Shown here piece by piece: positions 1-7,533 of a DNA stretch of 8,001 nucleotides. The notes beneath the pieces are model-generated. The model saw only the letters and a program-made list of their open reading frames with translations, was not told where the DNA came from and did no database searches. Source of the stretch: Octopus sinensis (lineage: Eukaryota). A program made the position numbers and the translations under genes. Each line of letters starts with the position of its first letter. The stretch's first letter is position 1. The DNA lies in assembly GCF_006345805.1 (NCBI RefSeq), contig NW_021828555.1:1-8001 (forward strand). Direction: 5' to 3'.

Positions 1-1
1 A

Positions 2-2665
2 GAGTTAGGTAAGACACATAGGCAGGGTCCCGGATACTGGAAACTAAACGCGTCTTTCCCATCGAGACAGGTTTTCAGAGACCGGATTTGCACACTAGTA
101 AAGAGGGCTTTGGCGGGAGCCATCGTCAACAACAAATGGTGGTTTCCCCTCAAGAGAGCAGGAAAAGCAGAAGCGATTAGGTACAGCAAAGCACTTGCCA
201 TAGAGAGAAATAGAGTAGAGGGTGAGCTAGTAAAGAAGCTAGAAGAGGCAATTAGAAGTGGCATCGCATCCGACGTTTTGGCGGCGAGGTTGGCCCTCGA
301 CCAGCACTTCAACGCCAAACACGAAGGGTGTGTTGTCAGAGCTAGGATGCGTGCTCTAAGGAACGAAGGTGTTGGAGCCGAGAGAGAGGCCCAGGTGGCA
401 GAGGCGCAAACAGGGCAACAAAGCCACATTCGGTCTTGGTAGATGAGGGGCGCGAATGCTCGAGCCAAGTAAGTAAATGTGTGAGGCCTTTCAACAGCAT
501 TTTGCCGACTGTACGGGACGAGTGGCGAGCGTGAACGCAGGGTGGACTTCAGTGCCTACCTGCACAGCCTACCACGACTCTCGGCAAGAGAGGCAAAGTG
601 CTGCGACGGTGCCATCACGGCGGTGGAAGTGCAGGACGTGATGGCAGAATGCTCGAGGGACAAATCGCCTGGTTTGGATGGTCTACCCTACGAGCTTTAC
701 AGTTGTATGCCAGACTTGTTTGGAGACGTCTTGGCAGCGGTGTAATGCAACTGGCAGCAAAACGGGTGCATTCCTGGTTTTGTGAGCTGAGGAGCCGTAA
801 CACTGCTGAAGAAAGATCTAAACAAGGGGAATGTAATAGATAACTTTAGGCCCATCACTCTGCTTGATGCAAACTTCAAACTTTTGACAAAGGTGTTAGC
901 CAAGAGGTTGGCGCTTGTCATCGAGAAACTGGTCGACAAGGCGCAAACGTGCGCCGAGCCGGGCTGGAGCATCCATGACAACCTCCACCTGATGCACTAC
1001 ATCATAGACAGGGTAGTTAAGGAACCTGGCATGGATGGGGAGCTGATCAATTTGGATCAATCGAAAGCTTTCGATAGGGTAGACCATCGATACTTGGAGG
1101 CAGTCCTCAGAGCGGCTGGCTTCGGTCCCGTTGTCCGCGGCTGGATAGCCGCTTTGTACACGGGCATCCGTTCGGTAATTCGCGTAAATGGACAACTATC
1201 GAGATCTTTCGACATCGCACGTTCGGTCCGTCAGGGATGCCCCCTCTCATCGCTTCTCTACGTATTGAATCTCGAGCCATTATTGCGGAAGCTGGCAACT
1301 CTGAGGGGCATCACGCGAGAACTGGGATGCGGGACGAACGTGTCTGCATACGCGGACGATGTCACCGTCATAGTGTCAACGAAGCGGTGACAGGAGCGAA
1401 AATCAACCGGGAAAAATCAGTAGGCTTGCGACTCGGTACCTGGAGAAGCAAGCCCATGCCGTCCACCAGCGCCTCCTTCGTGGGACGCTGGACCGACGGT
1501 CCGGTCGAGTTTCTTGGGGTCTGGTTTGGACCGGACCTCAAATGGAGAAGAACTGGAACGAGATAACGAGCAGGGTGGTCACTACGCCCGGCAATGGGCC
1601 GAGAGGAAACTGTCCCTAAATGGTCGGGCGGAGGTGGCGAATTCGTACATCACGTCCGTCATCTACTACCGCCCTACCATCACCAAACTAGAACGCATTC
1701 TCTTTCGCTTCTTGTGGAAAGGATGCGTCCCGATGGTCAGGCGATCCATTTGCTGTAAACACCCGTTAAAAGGAGGACTGGGCATGCCGTGGTTGATGAT
1801 GCGCAGACACGCGCTGAGACTGCGACATCTCAGGCTCTACGTAGACGACGGTGAACAGGTGTGGTCGCCGTTTGTGAGGCACGCTTTCCCGCAACTCATC
1901 TCCATGACTGAACTGCAGTCGTGGATCAAAAAGAGGCCGAGGAAGGGCGAATGGCACCGCGAGTGTCGCGTTAATCTCAAACAACTCTGCCGTCCCGGGT
2001 CGACCTTGAGTGACTCCAACACAACCAAAGCATTCTATAGGGGATTGATTACTGGAGAGGAGGTACGACGACGAGCTCGGGGCGAACCTGGATGTCGATG
2101 AAGAATACCTGACCCGCCTGTTCAGGACGACTTTCGGGGCAGGACCCATGGACAACTGGGAGAGATCCCTGGCCTGGCAGTGCTACCTAGAAGCGCTACC
2201 CGTTCGGGATAAGCTCTACAGACACGGCCCGAGAAACACAGGGACGACCTGCCCGAGATGCGGTCAGAGCGACAAAACCGTTCTGCACGCACTCGTGCAG
2301 TGTCCAACAATTTCCGACCTGTGGGCTTATGTCGAACAACTGCTGTCACGTGTGGGACGAGTCGGTTTATCAGCTGAGTCTATCGTCAATATTCTCACGC
2401 CTCCTTCCTTCAAACGGGAAGGAAGAGCTATTTTCATCATCCTTGTGGCTATGGCGAAAGAATGTATCTGGTGGACGCGTCTGAAAGGATTAGAGACACT
2501 TTCCTCTCTGGTCAATCTCTCATCAACTTCTTCGAGTATCACTTGAAAAGGAAAATGAGAGTAGAGAGGCAAGTTTTATCTAGCGAATGTTTTAAAAAGA
2601 GATGGGTGAATGTAGCAAGAATGGCACGTATGAATGACGAAGCCACCTTGAGCATAATCCTATGA
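2..2665 (+). pseudogene. Disrupted Tx1-like ORF2 (linker + reverse transcriptase + C-terminal zinc knuckle)
   Basis: Homology continues across track ORFs 110-442, 542-745, 884-1390, 1237-1566, 1514-2101, 2148-2546 and 2462-2665. It is broken by in-frame stops (TAA 743-745, TGA 788-790), frameshifts near 437-540, 1385, 1540, 1578, 2060 and 2495, and an apparent deletion just after YADD (VTVIVS joined to EAVTGAKINREKS). Confidence 0.9.
2250..2303 (+). other. CCHC zinc-knuckle motif (C-x2-C-x8-H-x4-C) of L1/Tx1 ORF2
   Basis: Frame 3 reads CPRCGQSDKTVLHALVQC, preceded by LAWQCYLEALPVRDKL. A C-terminal Cys/His knuckle is typical of L1/Tx1 ORF2. Confidence 0.85.
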
Positions 2666-2806
2666 ACCCAGAAATTGAAAACAGAGGGTTACCCACTTGC
2701 AAACAAATGTGGCAACATGTAACAATATTGACCGAGGTTACCGTAGGCTTTTCTTCCCACGGATAAACATTATCTGCTTCCCTCTTTACACCTTACACTG
2801 TGATAC

Positions 2807-2928
2807 ACGATCCCTATTGATCGTTTTTTTCCCTTTTTTCTTTTTCCTTCTTTTTTCTTTTTTCTTTTCTTTTATTTCTTTTACCTTTATTCTTTTTTTC
2901 TTCTTTCCCTTTTACGATCCCTTTTGAT
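2807..2928 (+). repeat. 15-bp direct repeat flanking a ~92-bp T-rich tract in the Tx1 3'UTR
   Basis: acgatccctattgat (2807-2821) and acgatcccttttgat (2914-2928) match at 14/15 positions; the sequence between them is almost entirely T/C. Confidence 0.8.
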
Positions 2929-3013
2929 ATAAAACCTACCCCACTTTTTTTACTCCCAAAAAGAAAAGCTCTACTTTGTAATATGTCCCGTCTGTGTGCA
3001 GCCATGTGTGGCT

Positions 3014-3019
3014 AATAAA
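3014..3019 (+). promoter_or_regulatory. Polyadenylation signal of the Tx1 element
   Basis: AATAAA a few bases before the element gives way to (ATCT)n, the expected position for an L1-clade 3' end. Confidence 0.6.
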
Positions 3020-3024
3020 GAAAC

Positions 3025-3025
3025 A

Positions 3026-3102
<77 letters not shown>

Positions 3103-3107
3103 GTATA

Positions 3108-3170
<63 letters not shown>

Positions 3171-3240
3171 CTCTATCTATCTACCTACCTATCTATCTAT
3201 CTATATATCTATATATCTATCTATCTGTCTATCTATCTAT
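3025..3240. repeat. (ATCT)n tetranucleotide microsatellite, ~54 units, with GTCT/ACCT/ATAT interruptions
   Basis: Directly visible tandem atct units. Confidence 0.98.
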
Positions 3241-3285
3241 GTGTGAACATTTATTCATTATGATAGATCAATAATTATGTGCATT

Positions 3286-3464
3286 AAAGCAGCTGAATAG
3301 TGGGATTATTAGCACGCCAGACAAAATGGTCAGCGGCATTTCGTCCGTGTTTACATTCTGCATATAAATTCCGCCGAGCTTCACATTGCCTGTCATCCTT
3401 TCGGGATCAGTGAATTAAGTACCAGTTGAGCACTGACCCTGTACGAAACCTGGAAACCAATATT
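3286..3464 (+). mobile_element. Degenerate tRNA-derived SINE copy (second family), apparently with an internal deletion
   Basis: The string ttagcacgcc...agcggcatttcgtc...aaattccgccgag...tcatcctttcggg...aattaagtaccagttgagcactg...gaaaccaatatt resembles an abundant octopus SINE as I recall it. The Pol III boxes are eroded. The family assignment is from memory, not from a search. Confidence 0.55.
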
Positions 3465-3483
3465 TACCTGTATGTGAATGTAA

Positions 3484-3531
3484 ATATATATGTGTGTATG
3501 TAAGAATAGAAATATATATATATATATATAT
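3484..3531. repeat. (TA)n/(TG)n microsatellite
   Basis: Visible dinucleotide runs directly 5' of the SINE head. Confidence 0.85.
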
Positions 3532-3692
3532 AGGCGTAGGAGTGGCTGTGTGCTAAGAAGCATGATTCCCAACTACATGGTTCCAGGTTCAGTTCCACTT
3601 TGTGGGACCTTGAGAAAGTGTCGTCTACTATGGCCTCGGGCCGATCTTGTGAGTGGATTTGGCAGACAAAAACTGAAAAAATCCCATCGTAT

Positions 3693-3738
<46 letters not shown>

Positions 3739-3931
3739 ATGTATGTATATATATATATATGTGTGTATGTGTGTGTATATGAATGCATGTATGTATTTGT
3801 GTCTGTGTTTGTCCCCCACCATCGCTTCACAATCGATGGTGGTGTGTATACTTTCCCGTAACTTGGCGGTTCAGCAAAAGACTGATAGAATATATACTTA
3901 GCTTACAAAGAATAGTCCTAAGGTCGATTTG
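3532..3931 (+). mobile_element. tRNA-derived SINE (copy A) with an internal microsatellite; 3' tail missing
   Basis: A-box-like tggctgtgtgc (3543-3553) and B-box-like ggttcagttcc (3586-3596). The following gaccttgagaaagtg resembles the start of the CORE-SINE domain (gaccttgggcaagt). A second copy in this window (3932-4084, minus strand) confirms that the head is repetitive. Including 3800-3931 in the element rests on my recollection of the family consensus. Confidence 0.8.
3689..3808. repeat. Compound (TA)n/(TG)n/(TATG)n microsatellite inside SINE copy A
   Basis: Visible tandem di- and tetranucleotide runs. Confidence 0.9.
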
Positions 3932-4084
3932 TTTCAGTTTCCGTCTATCAAATCCACTCTCCAGGTTTTGGTCAGCCTGCAGCTATAGTAGAAAACAGTG
4001 GTCGAAGATTCCACGCAGTGAGACTGAACCCGAAGCCATGAGGTTGGGAAGCAAGCTACATACCACGTAACCACTTCTGCGCCT
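3932..4084 (-). mobile_element. tRNA-derived SINE (copy B), same family as copy A, 3'-truncated, inverted
   Basis: The reverse complement aggcgcagaagtggttacgtggtatgtagcttgcttcccaac...ggttcagtctcac...gagtggatttgatagacggaaactgaaa aligns to 3532-3678 at about 106/147 positions by hand count, with one 6-nt gap. The B-box-like motif is at 4020-4030 on the minus strand. Confidence 0.88.
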
Positions 4085-4234
4085 GTATATAATCCTTTAT
4101 GTATTCTATAACATAAAATGTAAGATTTGCATTTAACGTGGTGTACCATCTTTGTTTGTAGTCACATGATAAAAATTTGAATATCACAAGGAAGAAATAA
4201 AAACAAACATATATAAAATAATTCATATGTGGAT

Positions 4235-4500
4235 ATATACATGTGCGTGCGTTGTTTGTGTTCGAATGTGTGTGTGTCTATGTGTGTGTATATATTTATA
4301 TATTATATATATATATATATAATATATATATATAATATATATATATTTATACACATATATATACAGTATATACATAAAGATGTATAAATATATACGTATA
4401 TTTATATGTAGAGAAATGCGAGCCTAGACACGCGCGGCGCATGTATACACACATGCACATATACATACATATGATAATATATATACACATATATAATGGC
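4235..4500. repeat. Compound low-complexity (TG)n/(TA)n/(CA)n region
   Basis: Visible imperfect dinucleotide runs. Confidence 0.85.
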
Positions 4501-4600
4501 AAATATATTATGAAAATTATTAATATTAGTAGATATTCAAGTTTTAAAACTATGAGGGTACCGTGCAGGTAAGTTTAAAAAATACGATGGTACCTGCTAT

Positions 4601-4674
4601 GCATATATGTATATGTATATATATTATATATATAATATATATATATAATATATATATTATATATATATATATAT
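4601..4674. repeat. Imperfect (TA)n microsatellite at the 5' junction of the second LINE
   Basis: Visible at/ta runs ending at atatat|gctcta. Confidence 0.9.
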
Positions 4675-4681
4675 GCTCTAA

Positions 4682-7266
4682 ATCACATAGGCAAGAATTA
4701 AAGAAATCCTCATGAATCTGTAACATTACGTGACCATATTTCCTATTGGTGATTTCAACTTCCCTACCGTCAAATGGCCCGAAGGTCTCATACTCTCAGG
4801 AATGAATCATTGCAAGCAAGTATAGGTGGAGTCCCTGCTCAACCTCACCAACGCCTTATTCATGGAGCAAGTTGTACTTAAACTAACTAGGGCGAATAAC
4901 ATTCTGGATCTCTGCTTCACGAACAATATTGACATCATTCATGATGTGAAAGTGACACCGACATTAGTTTCGGATCACAACATAATAGAGCTGTCTATGT
5001 TTGGGCCAAAAGTAACCAGAGACATACAGCCTAATGGAAGCACCCGAAATCTCTCCAATATGAACTACCACAAAGCAGATTGGAAATCGATCCAAGAAGA
5101 GATCCTCAGAGAGGACTGTCCGGAATGTCTCTCCACACCAGACATTGACATGAAACTAGAATGTTTCATGTCTTCTGTGCAAGCCGTATGCCAGAAATAT
5201 GTCCCAGAGCACAAGGCCAAAACAAATAGGAGCAAGATTCCAAGAGACAGGAAAATCCTCATGAGACGAGGGACGAAGGTTGCAAATTGTCTCAACCAGC
5301 ATCCCAAAAGTAGTGAAACGTTCCGCCTAAAAACAACACTGATGGAGATCGAAAAAATGCTGCAACAATCCCATGTGAGGGAGAAAGCAGAAAAAGAAGC
5401 CTGGGTTATATAAAACATTAAATCAAACCCAAAGGCCTTCTTTTATTACGCGAAAGAAACAGTCTCAGTACACTACAAGATAGGACCCCTCCTCCAAAAG
5501 GATGGCTGTCTCACAGACAGTCCAACTAAGATCAGTGAGATGCTACATGACCAGTTCAAAAGTGTCTTTACCACCCCGTTGGAACACAGACAAGTGAACG
5601 AACCAGTGGACTTCCTTGCCGCCTCACCTATAACCAGCGAGGCAGTTACAATAGAATGTATTGACATTAGCGAAGATGTCCTACTAGCCATAGATGAAGT
5701 GGACACAACTCATCTGCTGGTCCAGATTGTTTCCCAGGAATCCTCCTCAAAGCGTGTAAGTATGCCCTGGCAAAACCCCTCAAGATTCTCTCCCAGAGCT
5801 TTCTTACAAATGGCAAACTGCCAAGCAAGCTGAAGGAGGGAATAATAAGCCCAATACATAAAGGGGGATGTAGAGCAGATGCCAAAAACTATAGGCCTAT
5901 CTCTCTGACTTCACACATCAGCAAAGTCATGGAACGGATAGTCAGAAAGAAACTAATCGCATTCCTTGAGGAAAATAACTTGCTGAGTGATACCCAGCAT
6001 GGTTTTCGACCAGGTAGGAGCTGCCTGACCCAGCTCTTACAACATTATGACTGGGTTTTGAGGCAGTTACTCAACAAATCAAATGTGGACGTAATCTACC
6101 TTGATTTTGCAAAAGCTTTTGACAAGGTGGATCATGGTATGATATGCCACAAACTGCGTGACCTCGGCATAGCTGGAAAACTTGGAGTGTGGTTACATGA
6201 CTTCCTGAAAGATAGGAGTCAGGCAGTAGTGGTTAATGGAGCCACCTCTATGAACACACAAATAGTGAGTGGGGTTCCACAGGGCACTGTCTTTTTATAG
6301 TGGCCCTCTCAGATATGCCCTCAAATGCCCGGATAGCCACTCTGGCAAGCTATGCAGACGATACGGAAGTCTCGCAGAAAATACAGAACCCCAGCGATGT
6401 TGCACACCTGCAGCAGGAGTTGGACTCAATCTACAGATGGGCTGAGGATAATAATATGCCATTTAATGCTGAAAAATTCTAGGCCCTGCGCTACCAGCAT
6501 ACAAAACTGAATATTAAACTTACAGGATACACCGGTCCACAGGGAATTTCAATCCCAGAGCCTAAGTCTGTGAAGGACCTGGGTATTGACATGAGTGAGG
6601 ATACCTCTTTCCAAGTGCACATTACCAGGATGGCAACAAAGTGCAGACGACTGGCTGGATGGATCCTAAGAACATTCAGAACCAGAGATAAGGAAACCAT
6701 GATGGTCCTCTGGCGGACATTCTTCCTCAGCCGCTTGGATTAGTGCTCACAGCTATGGTCACCCACCAGTGTGAAATTAACAGCGGACCTTGAAGCAATC
6801 CACAGAAGATTCACAAAGAAGATCGTCTCTTTGCAACAGCTCAGCTACTGGGAAAGGTTGAAACAGCTAAGACTCTACTCCCAGGAGAGAAGACGGGAGA
6901 GGTATGCAGTAATATATGTCTGGAAGACCTTGGAAGGAATTGTGCCAAATTTTGGCATTGTAAGCTACACCAATGCTAGAACGGGACGACACTGCATAGT
7001 GCCAAAGATCCCAGCAATGCCATCACGCTTCAGGACCAGCTTCTGCAACAGCCTGGTTTCAAGGGCCCACAGCTTTTTATATTCTCCCAAAGAGTCTGAG
7101 GAACTTGCACAAAGTAGATGTAGAGGTTTTTAAATCAAAGCGGACATCTTCCTGTCGAGAGTCCCAGATGAACCTACCTCACGGCAAGAGGTGCAAATGC
7201 AAATGAGTAGCTATATCAAACTCCATTCTTCACCAAGTGCCACATATTAGAGGAGGTTCTTCGTAA
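4682..7266 (+). pseudogene. Disrupted ORF2 (partial APE endonuclease + reverse transcriptase) of the CR1/L2-group LINE
   Basis: In-frame stops (near 4721 and 4823, 5411-5413, 6480-6482, near 6741), frameshifts near 5705, 6295 and 7065-7215, and loss of the LGPL part of the GVPQG-x-V-LGPLLF motif. The inferred original terminus is ...NSILHQVPHIRGGSS* with TAA at 7264-7266. Confidence 0.87.
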
Positions 7267-7305
7267 TAACAGTGTGCACAAAACGGCGGTGCATCAGCAT
7301 GGCCG

Positions 7306-7318
7306 CAGCTCTGAGCTG
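7306..7318 (+). other. Small stem-loop in the LINE 3'UTR (cagct-ctg-agctg)
   Basis: Perfect 5-bp inverted repeat just before the A-rich end (7319-7330). A 3' stem-loop recognised by the RT is established for stringent LINEs such as eel UnaL2; function here is inferred. Confidence 0.5.
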
Positions 7319-7332
7319 AAACAAGAAAAAAT

Positions 7333-7346
7333 TTATATATATATAA

Positions 7347-7386
<40 letters not shown>

Positions 7387-7533
7387 CTGTGTGTGTCTGT
7401 GTGTGTGCGTGTGTGTATGTATATATTTACCATACATATATGCATACATATACATATATATATATATATATATTACACACACAAACTTACACACACAAGC
7501 ACACAAACATACATACACAGACACGCACACATA
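7333..7533. repeat. Compound (TA)n-(TG)n-(TA)n-(CA)n microsatellite
   Basis: Visible tandem dinucleotide blocks. Confidence 0.93.

Larger units (their letters stand above)
1..3024 (+). mobile_element. Tx1/L1-clade non-LTR retrotransposon, decayed copy; 5' part lies upstream of the window; 3' end at the AATAAA/(ATCT)n junction
   Basis: Frame 2 is open from base 2: ELGKTHRQGPGYWKLNASF, the GPGYWKLN motif that follows the APE domain in Tx1/L1-like ORF2. Downstream are RT motifs KSPGLDGLPYELY, NFRPITLL, DQSKAFDRVDH, RQGCPLS, YADD (1349-1360), then LFRFLWKG and GGLG, a CCHC finger, a stop at 2663-2665, a pyrimidine-rich 3'UTR and AATAAA at 3014-3019. The region is visibly more GC-rich than its flanks. 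Confidence 0.92.
4675..7330 (+). mobile_element. CR1/L2-group non-LTR retrotransposon, 5'-truncated within the APE endonuclease, decayed
   Basis: Endonuclease motifs GDFNFP (4748-), TRANNILDL (4886-) and SDH (4970-4978); linker motifs IKSNPKAFFYY and DQFKSVFT; RT motifs SAGPD, NYRPISLTS, QHGFRPGRSC, YLDFAKAFDKVDH, SGVPQG, YADD (6351-6362) and KDLG; C-terminal WSP, ERLKQLRLYSQERRRER and FLSRVPDEP. There is no CCHC finger, consistent with the CR1/L2 group rather than L1. The exact clade was not determined. Confidence 0.9.

Noticed and set aside
598-2572. Alternative-frame and antisense ORFs over the Tx1 RT region (e.g. 598-843, 697-981, 896-1195, 1766-2155)
   Set aside because: Expected shadow ORFs of GC-rich coding-derived DNA; no motifs.
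2807-2830. Hairpin followed by a T run resembling a rho-independent terminator
   Set aside because: The context is a eukaryotic retrotransposon 3'UTR with no bacterial features; kept only as a structural observation.
2697-3005. Phe-rich (+) and Lys/Glu-rich (-) ORFs
   Set aside because: Artefacts of the T-rich tract in the Tx1 3'UTR.
2994-3274. ORFs encoding IYLS/YLSI repeats
   Set aside because: Translations of the (ATCT)n microsatellite, which lacks stops in these frames.
3532-3605. Possible tRNA gene (and its inverted counterpart at 4010-4084)
   Set aside because: It has A/B-box-like motifs but no convincing cloverleaf or acceptor stem, and it continues into SINE body sequence; it is a tRNA-derived SINE head.
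3490-4149. Several short ORFs on both strands (3490-3861, 3573-3830, 3783-4070, 3934-4149 and others)
   Set aside because: They overlap SINE copies and TA/TG repeats and contain no recognisable protein motifs.
542-6482. Prokaryotic RT systems (group II intron, retron, DGR, CRISPR-associated RT) as the source of the two YADD RTs
   Set aside because: An APE endonuclease, a CCHC knuckle, AATAAA, 5' truncation, SINEs and dense microsatellites all indicate eukaryotic non-LTR retrotransposons; there is no repeat-spacer array or operon structure.
5065-6700. Antisense ORFs over the CR1/L2 element (5065-5418, 5473-5706, 5667-5885, 6491-6700)
   Set aside because: Shadows of the LINE ORF2 with no independent evidence.
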